Assembly: GCA_035574155.1 (NCBI GenBank)
Contig: DATLZD010000045.1
Coordinates: 741 to 64,740, forward strand
Length of the DNA stretch: 64,000 bases
Reading direction: 5' to 3'
From: Dehalococcoidia bacterium
Lineage (GTDB): Bacteria > Chloroflexota > Dehalococcoidia > SM23-28-2 > HRBIN24
Positions 48,449 to 58,059 of the stretch are shown here, piece after piece (position 1 is the first letter of the stretch; each line of letters opens with the position of its first letter). The notes under the pieces are model-generated. The model was given only the letters and a program-made list of their open reading frames with translations, ran no database searches and was not told the DNA's origin. The position numbers were made by a program, and so were the translations under genes.

Positions 48449-49152
48449 GCAGCCGCTGGGGACGCTTCTACGGTATCGGCGTGGGGCCGGGGGACCCGGA
48501 GCTGCTGACCCTCAAGGCCGTCCGCGTCCTGCAGCGGGTGCCTGTGGTCTGCTATCCTCAGTCCACCTCGGGCGAGGGCAGCATGGCCCTGGCCATCGCC
48601 GCCGGTGCCGTATCGCTGGAGGGCAAGGAACTGGTGCCCTTTCCCTTTTCCATGTCCCAGCCCCACACCGTCGACACCTGGCAGGCGGCACTAGCGCGGG
48701 TGCTGGAGAGACTATCGCAGGGCCAGGACTGCGCCTTCCTCACGGAGGGCGATCCCCTTCTCTACAGCACCTTCGTCTACGTCTATGAGCACCTGCGCAG
48801 GGAACACCCCCAGGTGCCATTGGAGGTGGTGCCGGGGGTATCGTCGCTGACGGCGGCGGCCGCGCGGGCGGGGGTCCCCCTGGCCGCGGGCCGCGAGCGC
48901 ATCGCCGTCCTGCCCGCCCTCTACCACCCCCAGGCCATCGGGCCGGCCCTGGACGCCAGCGACTCCCTCGTCCTGCTGAAGGTGAACCGGGTCCTGGACG
49001 TGGTCCGCAACGAGCTGGACGCGCGGGGACTGCTGGACCGGGCCGTGCTGGTGCGTCGCGCGACCATGCCTGAAGAGCAGGTGCTGCACGGGGCCCAGGC
49101 CGTGGACGGCAGCGTGCGCGACTACTTCTCGCTCCTCATCGTCCGGAGGTAG
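48445..49152 (+). CDS. cbiL: precorrin-2 C20-methyltransferase (CobI/CbiL)
   Basis: FYGIGVGPGDPELLTLKAVRVLQRVPVVCYP... ATGA overlap with cbiT. Confidence 0.8.
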   Translation: MSSRWGRFYGIGVGPGDPELLTLKAVRVLQRVPVVCYPQSTSGEGSMALAIAAGAVSLEGKELVPFPFSMSQPHTVDTWQAALARVLERLSQGQDCAFLTEGDPLLYSTFVYVYEHLRREHPQVPLEVVPGVSSLTAAAARAGVPLAAGRERIAVLPALYHPQAIGPALDASDSLVLLKVNRVLDVVRNELDARGLLDRAVLVRRATMPEEQVLHGAQAVDGSVRDYFSLLIVRR

Positions 49153-49155
49153 GGG

Positions 49156-49944
49156 ATGGCAGGAAAGGTCTACTTCATCGGTGCCGGGCCGGGCGACCCC
49201 GACCTGCTGACGGTGCGGGCGGTGCGTCTGCTGGGAGAGGCCGATGTGGTGGTCTGGGCCGACTCCCTCATCTCGCCGCAGGTGGTCTCCCTCTGCCGTC
49301 CCGACGCGGCAGTGCACGGTAGCGCCTCCCTGACGCGGGACGAGATAGCCCGCCTCATGACCGCGGCCGCCATGCAGGGGAAGGTAGTGGCCCGGCTGCA
49401 CAGCGGCGATCCCTCCCTCTACGGCGCCCTGCTGGAGGAGATGCGCGTCCTAGAGGAGGCGGGCATACCTTACGAGGTGGTGCCCGGCGTCAGCTCCCTG
49501 TTCGCTGCCGCCGCCGCCCTCAAGGTGGAGCTGACGGCGCCTGGCGTCTCCCAGACGGTCATCGTCACACGCGCACCGGGGCGGACGCCCATGCCCGAGG
49601 GGGAGGACCTGCGTGCCCTGGCCCGTCACGGCGCCACCCTTGCCCTCTTCCTGTCGGCGGCCCGGTTGCGGGAGGCGGTGGCCGCCCTCGTGGAGGGCGG
49701 CTATGCGCCCGACACACCGGCCGCCATCGTCTACCGGGCGTCGTGGCCCGACGAGCTGGTCCTGCGGGGGGGCCTGGCCGACGTGCCCCGCCTGGCGCGG
49801 CAGGCGGGCATCACTCGCCAGGCCATCGTGCTGGTGGGGAGGGCCCTGGACCCTTCCCTGAAGGGACCCCAGGGGCCTTCCTCCCGCCTGTACGACCCCG
49901 CCTTCAGCCACCTGTTCCGCCGGGGGAGGAAGGATGGGCGCTGA
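49156..49944 (+). CDS. cbiF: precorrin-4 C11-methyltransferase (CobM/CbiF)
   Basis: VYFIGAGPGDPDLLTVRAVRLLGEADVVVWADSLI... Confidence 0.85.
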   Translation: MAGKVYFIGAGPGDPDLLTVRAVRLLGEADVVVWADSLISPQVVSLCRPDAAVHGSASLTRDEIARLMTAAAMQGKVVARLHSGDPSLYGALLEEMRVLEEAGIPYEVVPGVSSLFAAAAALKVELTAPGVSQTVIVTRAPGRTPMPEGEDLRALARHGATLALFLSAARLREAVAALVEGGYAPDTPAAIVYRASWPDELVLRGGLADVPRLARQAGITRQAIVLVGRALDPSLKGPQGPSSRLYDPAFSHLFRRGRKDGR

Positions 49945-51016
49945 GGGGGCTGTGCGGCGGCCCATCGCCGCTGTGGCCATCACCCGTCGCGGGGCCGAGA
50001 TGGCATCTGTGTTGGCCCGACGCCTACCCGCCGTCGAGCTTTATGTCGAGGAGCGCTGGGCCGGGGGTCTGGGGGCCTGCTGCCACGCCTTTCGCCTTCC
50101 TCTGCGGCCCCTGATAGGCGACCTCTTCGCCCGTTATCCTTCGCTGGTCCTGTTCACCGCCGTGGGGGTGGCGGTGCGCCTGCTGGCGCCCCTGCTCTCG
50201 GGCAAGGGACGCGACCCAGCGGTGGCGACGGTGGACGAGGGGGGCCGCTTCGTCGTGTGCCTCCTGTCCGGCCACCGGGGCGGCGGCGAGGCCCTGGCGC
50301 GGGAGGTGGCGAGCGCCCTAGGCGCCGTCCCCGTCCTCACCTCGGCCAGCGCCGCCCTGGGCCTGCCCGCCCTCGACCTGCTGGGCATCGACCGGGGCTG
50401 GCGATTGGAGGGCGAGGAGGACCTGACGGCCGTGGCCGCTGCCCTGGTCAACGGCGGGCCTGTGGCCTTCTACCAGGACGCCGGTGGGCGGCCCTGGACC
50501 GAGGCCCCCCCTGGCATCCTCGAAGTGCCCAGCCTGGACGACGCCCTCGCCCTGGGCGCCCCCCGCATCGTGGTGAGCGACCGCCTCCTGCCGGATGGCA
50601 TCCGCGACGGCGCGCCGACCCTGGTCTACCGTCCCCGCACCTTGGTGGCGGGGGTGGGCTGTAGGCGCGGCGTGGGGGGAGTCCGCATCGCCGCCTTCGT
50701 GCGCAGCGTGCTGGAAGGCAACGGCCTCTCGCCCCTGTCCCTGCGCTGCCTGGCCACCGCCGAGGCCAAGGCCGGGGAGCAGGGGCTGAAAGAGGCGGCA
50801 CGGCTGCTGAACGTGCCGCTTTTGACGCTCCCCGCCGACCGTCTGAGGCGAGTGGCGGGCCTCGTCTCCCCGTCGGCCTCGGAGCGGCTCCTGGGGCTGC
50901 CATCGGTCTCGGAGGCCTCGGCCCTGGCTGCCGCCGGGGCCGCCCGGCTGCTGGTGCCCAGGGCCAAGGACGGCCAGGTAACGGTGGCGGTGGCGCGCTG
51001 GGAGGGAGAGGCGTGA
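49934..51016 (+). CDS. cbiG: cobalt-precorrin-5A hydrolase CbiG
   Basis: CbiG N- and C-terminal domain patterns (IAAVAITRRGAEMAS...; ...LLVPRAKDGQVTVAVA). Confidence 0.75.
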   Translation: MGAEGAVRRPIAAVAITRRGAEMASVLARRLPAVELYVEERWAGGLGACCHAFRLPLRPLIGDLFARYPSLVLFTAVGVAVRLLAPLLSGKGRDPAVATVDEGGRFVVCLLSGHRGGGEALAREVASALGAVPVLTSASAALGLPALDLLGIDRGWRLEGEEDLTAVAAALVNGGPVAFYQDAGGRPWTEAPPGILEVPSLDDALALGAPRIVVSDRLLPDGIRDGAPTLVYRPRTLVAGVGCRRGVGGVRIAAFVRSVLEGNGLSPLSLRCLATAEAKAGEQGLKEAARLLNVPLLTLPADRLRRVAGLVSPSASERLLGLPSVSEASALAAAGAARLLVPRAKDGQVTVAVARWEGEA

Positions 51017-51765
51017 GGGGGCGCCTGAGCGTGGTGGGCATCGGCCCGGGCGACGAGACGCTCCTCACGCCCATGGCGCGCCGCACCCTGGAGGAGGCCA
51101 CCGCCGTAGTGGGCTACCGAGGCTACCTGGAGATGGTCTCGCCCCTCCTCGGGGGCAAGAACGCCCTCCCCTTCGAGCTGGGGCAGGAGGTGGAGAGGGC
51201 GTGGCGCGCCCTGGACCTGGCCAGCCAGGGCGAGCGGGTGGCCCTCCTCTCCAGCGGCGACCCCGGCATCTACGGCATGGCCTCCCCCGCCCTGGAGGCC
51301 TGGCTGGCCCTGCCCGCCCCTCAGCGTCCGCCCTTGGAGGTGGTGCCGGGAGTCCCCGCCCTGGCGGCCTGCGCTGCCCTGTTGGGGGCGCCCTTGGGCC
51401 ACGACTTCGCCGTGGTCAGCCTCAGCGACCTCCTCACCCCCTGGGAGGTCATCGTCCGCAGGCTGGAGGCGGCCGCCGCCGCCGATTTCGTGCTGGTCAT
51501 CTATAACCCCCGTAGCCGGGGGCGGCCCTGGCAGTTGGGCGAGGCCCGGCGCATCGTCCTGCGTCACCGTAGCCCCGACACCCCCGTCGGCCTGGTGCGC
51601 CGTGCCTACCGCCAGGGCCAGGCCGCCCTCATCGCCACCCTGGGCACCCTGGACGAGGCTGCGGTGGACATGGAGACGACCATCATCGTCGGCAGCTCCC
51701 GCACCCTCGCCCGCGATGGCGTGATGCTGACGCCACGGGGCTACCGACAGGAGGGGAAAGGGTGA
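51013..51765 (+). CDS. cbiH: precorrin-3B C17-methyltransferase (CobJ/CbiH)
   Basis: LSVVGIGPGDETLLTPMARRTLEEATAVVGYRGYL... Confidence 0.85.
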   Translation: MRGRLSVVGIGPGDETLLTPMARRTLEEATAVVGYRGYLEMVSPLLGGKNALPFELGQEVERAWRALDLASQGERVALLSSGDPGIYGMASPALEAWLALPAPQRPPLEVVPGVPALAACAALLGAPLGHDFAVVSLSDLLTPWEVIVRRLEAAAAADFVLVIYNPRSRGRPWQLGEARRIVLRHRSPDTPVGLVRRAYRQGQAALIATLGTLDEAAVDMETTIIVGSSRTLARDGVMLTPRGYRQEGKG

Positions 51766-52454
51766 AGCCGATCCACGTCGTGGGTGTGGGGCCGGGCGAC
51801 CCCGAGTTCTTGACCCTCAAGGCCCTGCGCCTGCTTCAGGAGGCCGACCTGGTAGCCGGCTTCTCTACCGTCTTGGCGGTGGTCCGTCCCCACATCCGTG
51901 GGGAGACCGTGGTCCTCACCTACCGGGACCAGGAGGAGGGGCTGGCAAGACTGGGACAGGCGGCGCGGGAAGGGAAGCGCTGCGTGGTCTGCGCCTGGGG
52001 CGACCCCTCGGTGTCGGCCGCGGAGCTGGTGGGACGCGTTCGCCGTGCCCACCCCTGCGTGGAGGTGGTGCCGGGGGTCAGCTCCCTGGCGGTGGCCTGT
52101 GCCCGGGTGGGCGTGCCCCTGGAGGAGTCCCTGTTCGTGAGCCTGCACCGCCGCGAGGGAGGAGAGGACGCCCTGGACGAGCTGGTCGAGGCCCTGGCGC
52201 TGGGGCGCCGCCACCTGTTCGCCTTCCCCAGGCCCTACGACCTTATGCCGGCCGAGATGGCCCGTCGCCTCTTGGCGAAAGGGCTCCAGGGTGACCGGCC
52301 GGTACTGGTGCTGGAGCGCCTCACGCTGGAGGGCGAGCGCCTGGTGGCCCTCTCCCTGGGAGAGCTGGCCCAGAGAGACGACTTCAGCGACCTGACGGTG
52401 CTCTTTTTCCCTAGGCCCGACCGGGAGGGTATCCATGGCAAGGGGACGGACTAG
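51762..52454 (+). CDS. cbiE: cobalt-precorrin-7 C5-methyltransferase, CbiE subunit
   Basis: IHVVGVGPGDPEFLTLKALRLLQEADLVAGF... Confidence 0.75.
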   Translation: MKPIHVVGVGPGDPEFLTLKALRLLQEADLVAGFSTVLAVVRPHIRGETVVLTYRDQEEGLARLGQAAREGKRCVVCAWGDPSVSAAELVGRVRRAHPCVEVVPGVSSLAVACARVGVPLEESLFVSLHRREGGEDALDELVEALALGRRHLFAFPRPYDLMPAEMARRLLAKGLQGDRPVLVLERLTLEGERLVALSLGELAQRDDFSDLTVLFFPRPDREGIHGKGTD

Positions 52455-52968
52455 GCAGGGGCTGGTGCTCCTCAACACCGGTAACGGCAAGGGCAAGACC
52501 ACCGCCGCCCTAGGGGTCCTCATGCGGGCCTGGGGCCGGGGCATGAAGGTCGTCATGCTCCAGTTCATCAAGGCCTCCCATCACCGCTTCGGCGAGCACC
52601 GGGCAGCCGAGCGCATGGGCGTGGAGGTCATTCCCATGGGCCGTGGCTTCACCTGGCTCTCGGAAGACCTGGAGCGGGACAAGGCCATGGCCCGCGCCTG
52701 CTGGGAGGAGGCCGTCCGCCGCCTCCGTTCGGGGGAATACGACATCGTTGTCCTGGACGAGGTCACCTACCCTATCCGCTACGGCTGGCTGGACGTCCAG
52801 GAGGTCATCGCCGCCCTGGCGCAGCGGCCGCCCCACGTCCATGTGGTCCTCACCGGCCGCAACGCCCCCCAGGAGCTGGTGGACTTCGCCGACCTGGTGA
52901 CGGAGATGCGTGAGGTGAAGCACCCCTACAAGCAGGGCGTGAAGGCCCAGCCCGGCCTGGAGTACTGA
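52435..52968 (+). CDS. cobO: cob(I)yrinic acid a,c-diamide adenosyltransferase
   Basis: GLVLLNTGNGKGKTTAALGVLMRAWGRGMKVVMLQFIK... Confidence 0.85.
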   Translation: MARGRTRQGLVLLNTGNGKGKTTAALGVLMRAWGRGMKVVMLQFIKASHHRFGEHRAAERMGVEVIPMGRGFTWLSEDLERDKAMARACWEEAVRRLRSGEYDIVVLDEVTYPIRYGWLDVQEVIAALAQRPPHVHVVLTGRNAPQELVDFADLVTEMREVKHPYKQGVKAQPGLEY

Positions 52969-52971
52969 GCC

Positions 52972-54339
52972 ATGAAGGGTGTCGTGGTGGCAGGGGTGGC
53001 CAGCGGGGTGGGCAAGACCACCGTGGCCGTGGGCATCATGGCCGCCCTGGCCCGTCGAGGCCTGCGGGTCCAGCCCTTCAAGGTGGGCCCTGACTACATA
53101 GACCCTACCTATCACCAGGCGGCCTGTGGCGTCCCCTCCCGCAACCTGGACTCCTGGATGCTCCCCCACGAGCACCTGCGGGAGCTCTTTGCCCGCGCCG
53201 TGGCAGGCTGCGACGTGGCCGTGGTGGAGGGGGTCATGGGCCTGTTCGACGGCTCCTCCCCCGACTCCGACGAGGGCAGCACCGCCCAGGTGGCCAAGCT
53301 GTTGGGCCTGCCGGTGCTGCTGGTGGCCGACGCCCGCAAGGTGGCCCGCAGCGTGGCCGCCACCGTGCTGGGCTTCCAGCAGTTCGACCCCCAGGTCCGC
53401 ATAGCGGGCGTCCTCCTGAACGGCATCGCCAGCCCCCGCCACCTGGACTACTGCCGACGGCCCATCGAGCAGGCGGTGGGGCTGCCGGTGGTGGGCCACC
53501 TGCCCCGCCGCGACGACCTGCAGCTCCCCGAGCGGCACCTGGGGCTGGTGCCCGAGGTGGAAGGGCCGGTGGCCCGCGACTTCTTCGACCGCCTGGCTGC
53601 CCAGGTGGAGGCCACCGTGGACCTGGACCTGCTGCTGCGCCTGGCCGAGGCCCCCGACCCACCGTCGCAGCCTCCCCGCCTCTTCCCGCCCCAGCCTCTG
53701 CCCAAGCGGGCGGTCATCGCCGTGGCCCGCGACCGGGCCTTCAGCTTCTACTACCAGGACGCCCTCGACCTGCTGTCGGCCTGGGGGGCCGAGGTGGTGC
53801 CCGTCAGCCCCCTGGAGGATGCCTCCCTGCCCGATGGGTGTGGGGCCCTTTACCTGGGCGGCGGCTTCCCCGAGCTCTACGCCCGCGAACTGGCGGGGAA
53901 CGCCCCCTTTCTCCAGTCGCTTCGGGAAGCGGTCCTGGCCAAGCTGCCCGTCTACGCCGAGTGCGGCGGCCTGATGTACCTGGGCCGGGAACTGGTGGAC
54001 GCCCAGGGGACGGCCCACGTCATGGCCGGCCTGCTGCCCCTGCGCACCAGTATGGAGGGGGCGCGCCTGCAGCTGGGCTACCGGAGGGTGCGCGCCCTGG
54101 CCGATGGCCCTGTGCTGGCCGAGGGGGAGGAGGCCCGCGGCCACGAGTTCCATTACTCACGCCTGGAGGTGCTGGAGGAGGCGCCAGCCGCCTACGAGGT
54201 CCTGGACCAGCCCGGACGGCTGGAGGGCTTCCGGGTGGGCAGCCTCTGGGCCAGCTACATCCACCTTCACTTCGGCCAGTCGCCCACCATGGCCCAACGC
54301 CTGGTGACCATGGCCGCATCACACGCCCATGGTAGCTAG
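52972..54339 (+). CDS. cbiA: cobyrinic acid a,c-diamide synthase (CobB/CbiA)
   Basis: VVVAGVASGVGKTTVAVGIMAAL...PFKVGPDYIDPTYH and a C-terminal GATase domain. Confidence 0.9.
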   Translation: MKGVVVAGVASGVGKTTVAVGIMAALARRGLRVQPFKVGPDYIDPTYHQAACGVPSRNLDSWMLPHEHLRELFARAVAGCDVAVVEGVMGLFDGSSPDSDEGSTAQVAKLLGLPVLLVADARKVARSVAATVLGFQQFDPQVRIAGVLLNGIASPRHLDYCRRPIEQAVGLPVVGHLPRRDDLQLPERHLGLVPEVEGPVARDFFDRLAAQVEATVDLDLLLRLAEAPDPPSQPPRLFPPQPLPKRAVIAVARDRAFSFYYQDALDLLSAWGAEVVPVSPLEDASLPDGCGALYLGGGFPELYARELAGNAPFLQSLREAVLAKLPVYAECGGLMYLGRELVDAQGTAHVMAGLLPLRTSMEGARLQLGYRRVRALADGPVLAEGEEARGHEFHYSRLEVLEEAPAAYEVLDQPGRLEGFRVGSLWASYIHLHFGQSPTMAQRLVTMAASHAHGS

Positions 54340-54392
54340 AGAGGGGCCGCCGAGCGCCACCCACGGCCTGGTTTAGTAGGCATTCGAAGTTA

Positions 54393-54421
54393 TTGACGGC
54401 CTCTGGCGAGGTCTATATAAT
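54393..54421 (+). promoter_or_regulatory. consensus sigma-70 promoter TTGACG-17-TATAAT upstream of the Liv-type substrate-binding gene
   Basis: TTGACG at 54393-54398, a 17-nt spacer, TATAAT at 54416-54421. A GGAGGGG RBS precedes the ATG at 54463. Confidence 0.55.
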
Positions 54422-54462
54422 CTGGCCGCACCGCAAGCTGTATTGGCCTCGGAGGGGTGACC

Positions 54463-55790
54463 ATGAAGGCAAAATCCGTCCGTAGGCAATTGGGACTCCT
54501 GGTCCTGCCGCTCTTGCTCACGGCCCTGCTGGCAGTGGGCTGCGGCGAGGAGGGCGCGGCCCCAGGGGTCGGGACCCCCTCGGTGCCGGTGGAGCCGGGC
54601 CAGCTACGCATAGGCCTGCTGGTGCCCTTCACCGGCGCCCTCGCCCCCTTCGGCCCGGACTTTGCCAACGCTGCCAACCTGGCCGTGGAGCACATCAACG
54701 CGGCCGGCGGCGTTCTGGGGAAGCCGGTGCGCCTGATCATCGGCGACGACGGCACCAACCCCGACCAGGGGGTGGCTGAGGCCCGCCGCCTGGTGGACAT
54801 CGAGCGGGTCAGCGCCATCGTGGGGGCAGCAGCCAGCGGCGTAACGCTGCCCATCGCCGAGAGCGTGACGGTGCCCAAGAAGATCGTGCAGATCTCGCCC
54901 TCGGCCACCTCTCCTGCCCTCACCACCCTGCGCGACGACGACTTCCTCTTCCGGACGCCCATCTCCGACGCCGCCCAGGGAGTGGTGCTGGCACGCCTAG
55001 TGCGGGAGCTGGGCTTCTCGCGGGTGTGCACCATGTATGTCAACAACGCCTACGGGCAGGGGCTGAGCGAGACCTTCACCCGCACCTTCCAGCAGTTGGG
55101 CGGCAACGTCACCGCCCAGGTCTCCCATACCGCCACCACAGCGCCCAGCTACCTCTCGGAGCTGCAGCGTTGCACCAGCGGCGGACCCGAGGCCCTCATC
55201 GCCATCAGCTACCCCGAGGGCCAGGCCGACGTATACCTGCGGGAGGCCCTGGAGCGGAACCTGGTGCGCAACTTCGTGTTCGTGGACGGGACCAAGTCTC
55301 CCGACCTGTTCGCCAAGCTGGGCTGGGACCGCTTCAATGGCATGAAGGGGACTGCCCCCGGTGCCCTGCAGACCGACGCCGGACGCCGCTTTGACGACCT
55401 CTTCGAGCAGAAGTACAAGTACCGCTACCAGAACCCCTTCGTGCGCGAGTCCTATGACGCCGTGATGGTCATCGCCCTGGCGGCAGAGAAGGCCAGTCCA
55501 CCGATCCGGCCAAGATCCGCGACGCCCTGCGTGACATCGCCAACGCCCCCGGCCGCAAGTTCGGCCCGGGGCCCGACGACGTCAAGGCCGCCTTGGAGGC
55601 CATCCGCCGCGGGGAGGACATCGACTACGACGGCGCCTCCGGCTCGGTGGAGTTCGACCGCAACGGCGACGTCACCATCGGCGCCATTGAGGTCTGGCGG
55701 GTGGACGCGCCCAGCCGCCGTCTGGTGACGGAGGCAGTCTACCGCGTAGACCTGAGCAAGACCCCGCCCGAAGTGAACAGGGTCCAGTAG
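54463..55790 (+). pseudogene. branched-chain amino acid ABC transporter substrate-binding lipoprotein (LivK family), disrupted by a -1 frameshift near 55480-55495
   Basis: Lipobox LLAVGC, then a LivK-like N-terminal 340 aa. Around 55490 the frame decays into low-complexity sequence. The conserved C-terminus ...DPAKIRDALRDIANAPGRKFGPGPDDVKAALEAIRRGEDIDYDGASGSVEFDRNGD... continues in the -1 frame (ORF 55593-55790). Confidence 0.7.
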
Positions 55791-55804
55791 TGGGGCGCCA
55801 GCCC

Positions 55805-56962
55805 TCAGCCGTCGGGAGCGCGGCCGGCAGCCGGCCGCGCTCCCGCCCTTTCGGGCGGCGCTCGCCGCAGCAACCTCTCGACCCAGACGGACACCCGCCG
55901 TTCCTCTGGCAGCAGCCCCTGGGGCCTGACCAGCAGCACCAGCACCAGAAGGGCGCCCAGCAACAGGTCACGGATATAAAAGATGCGCACCCGCAGGGCC
56001 TCGGGGAGGGGGTATCCCAGGAGCTGCAGGCTGATGATCCATAGCCCCCATACTATGTAGGCCCCCAGGACCGCTCCACGGTTGTTCCCGCTGCCGCCCA
56101 CCACCAGCATGACCCAGAAGATGAAGGTGCCTGCGAAATGGGTGAAGGTGTCGGGCGAAACGGCCCCCCGCTCGTAGGCGTAGACGGCACCGCCCAGGCC
56201 CATGATCATGGCCCCCACCACGAAGGCCTGGCGACGGAAGGACGTCACGTCCTTGCCGCTGGCAGCGGTCGCTATCTCGTCCTCCCGCAGCGCCCGCAGC
56301 ACCCGCCCCCAGGGAGAGCGCAGCGCCCTCTCGGCGGCCAAGAAGACCAGCGCCAGGACCAGCACCGCCAACAGCAGGTAGAAGTACTGGTAGTCATCAG
56401 GGCTGAACAGGGAGTAGAAGGGACGGGGGATGCCCTTCAGTCCCCGCTCACTGTTGACCAGCCCTCGTTCCGCCACCACCACGTTGCGCATCAGCTCGGC
56501 GATGCCGATGGTGGCGATGGCCAGGTAGTCCTCCCGGAGGCGCAGGGCAGGAAACGATAACAGGTAGGCCAGCAGGCCACACATGGCCATGGCCGCCAGC
56601 GCCCCCACCAGGAAAGGCAACCACTCCTCACCCTGGAGCAAGGGCGGCGAAAGCTTGGGGCCTAGGCCACCGACATAGGTGTCGAATCCGCCCGTAGCCG
56701 GCCCGGTGGTGAAGGCCGCCGCCCCGTAGGCCCCGAGCATGAAAAAGGCCACCACGCCGAAGTTGAACACGCCGGCATAGCCCCATTGCACGTTCAGCCC
56801 CAGGGTGAACAGGGAGTAGATGGCCACCGTCACCGCAAAGGCGGTGAGGAAGCTCAGGACCCCACCCCAGTCCCAGCCTGACCGCTCGGCAGGCATGATG
56901 ACCACCGCGGCTGTCACCGCCAGGAAGGCCGCCAACGTGGGCCACATGCCCCGGCGCGTCAT
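55805..56962 (-). CDS. livM: branched-chain amino acid ABC transporter permease (LivM-like)
   Basis: Hydrophobic multi-TM permease. ATGA overlap with livH. Confidence 0.8.
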   Translation of the reverse strand: MTRRGMWPTLAAFLAVTAAVVIMPAERSGWDWGGVLSFLTAFAVTVAIYSLFTLGLNVQWGYAGVFNFGVVAFFMLGAYGAAAFTTGPATGGFDTYVGGLGPKLSPPLLQGEEWLPFLVGALAAMAMCGLLAYLLSFPALRLREDYLAIATIGIAELMRNVVVAERGLVNSERGLKGIPRPFYSLFSPDDYQYFYLLLAVLVLALVFLAAERALRSPWGRVLRALREDEIATAASGKDVTSFRRQAFVVGAMIMGLGGAVYAYERGAVSPDTFTHFAGTFIFWVMLVVGGSGNNRGAVLGAYIVWGLWIISLQLLGYPLPEALRVRIFYIRDLLLGALLVLVLLVRPQGLLPEERRVSVWVERLLRRAPPERAGARPAAGRAPDG

Positions 56963-58056
56963 GTCCGTGCCCCCAGCAGCCCCCTGGGCCGCAGCAGCAG
57001 GATGGCGATGAGGATGACGAAGGCCACTCCCGGCTTGTAGGTCGGATCCAACTGCCGCCCGAATATCTCCCACCCCACCGAGGTCTCCTGGGCCATGGCC
57101 ACCACCATCGCCCCGAGAAGGGCACCGACAGGATTGCCGATGCCCCCCAGAATGGCGCCCGCGAAAACCGGCAACAGGACAACGAACCCAAGCTGGGGGT
57201 TGAGCTGGGCCTGGAGGGCCAGCAGCACACCTGCCACGGCCATGAGCGCCCCGGCCAGCGCCCAGGTCGCGGTGGTGACCCGGTCGGTGTCGATGCCGGA
57301 GACGCGGGCCAGGTCGGGGTTGTCGGCCATGGCGCGCATGGCCTTACCCAGGCGGGTCCGGAACAGCAGCAGGTAGACCAGGGCCGCCAGCCCCAGCGCA
57401 AGCCCGAAGGTGAAGACCTGGTCTGTCTTCAGCAGGACGCCGAAAGGGAAGCTGCGGGCCGGGAAGACGCCCTCCACATACAGGCGGGGGTTGGGCCCCC
57501 AGAGCATGAGCATCAGGCTGCGCAGACCGATGGCCAGCCCCAGAGAGGCCACCGCCAGGACGACCACGCCCGCCCGTCGCCTCCGCAGGGGCCGATAGAC
57601 CAGCCGGTCCAGGCCAATGCAGAGCAGGGCCAGGGCCAAGGCCGCTAGCAGGGTGGCCAGCAGCAGCCCGTAGCCGAAGGTGAGGTCGCCCAGACGCTCG
57701 CTGGCGCCGGGCAGGGAGTCCAGGGCCCTGGGCAGGTGCACGTCCCGGCGGGTCCCCACCACCGCCCCCGTCAGGACGAAGTAGGCCAAGTAGGCCCCTA
57801 GCATCATCAGGTCGCCATGGGCAAAGTTAGCGAAGCGTAGGACGCCATACACCAGGGTCAGCCCCAGGGCGGCCAGGGCATAGACGCTGCCCACCACCAG
57901 CCCCACGGCGAAGTGGTCAGGGCTGGAGACCGCCGCTCCCACCAGGAAGGAGAGCACCAGGGCCCACAGGAGCGCCCCGCCCAGGGCGTCGGCGCGATAG
58001 CGCAGCTCCTGCCAGCCCGACAGGGCGAAGGCGCGGGCCCTGGCGATAGCCGTCAC
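56959..58056 (-). CDS. livH: branched-chain amino acid ABC transporter permease (LivH-like)
   Basis: LVYGVLRFANFAHGDLMMLGAYLAYF..., LivH family. The N-terminus is possibly shorter than the ORF. Confidence 0.8.
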   Translation of the reverse strand: MTAIARARAFALSGWQELRYRADALGGALLWALVLSFLVGAAVSSPDHFAVGLVVGSVYALAALGLTLVYGVLRFANFAHGDLMMLGAYLAYFVLTGAVVGTRRDVHLPRALDSLPGASERLGDLTFGYGLLLATLLAALALALLCIGLDRLVYRPLRRRRAGVVVLAVASLGLAIGLRSLMLMLWGPNPRLYVEGVFPARSFPFGVLLKTDQVFTFGLALGLAALVYLLLFRTRLGKAMRAMADNPDLARVSGIDTDRVTTATWALAGALMAVAGVLLALQAQLNPQLGFVVLLPVFAGAILGGIGNPVGALLGAMVVAMAQETSVGWEIFGRQLDPTYKPGVAFVILIAILLLRPRGLLGART

Positions 58057-58059
58057 CGG

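Noticed and set aside
52510-54153. 547-aa minus-strand ORF
   Set aside because: Antisense to cobO and cbiA, both with strong motif support. His/Gly/Ala-rich low complexity.
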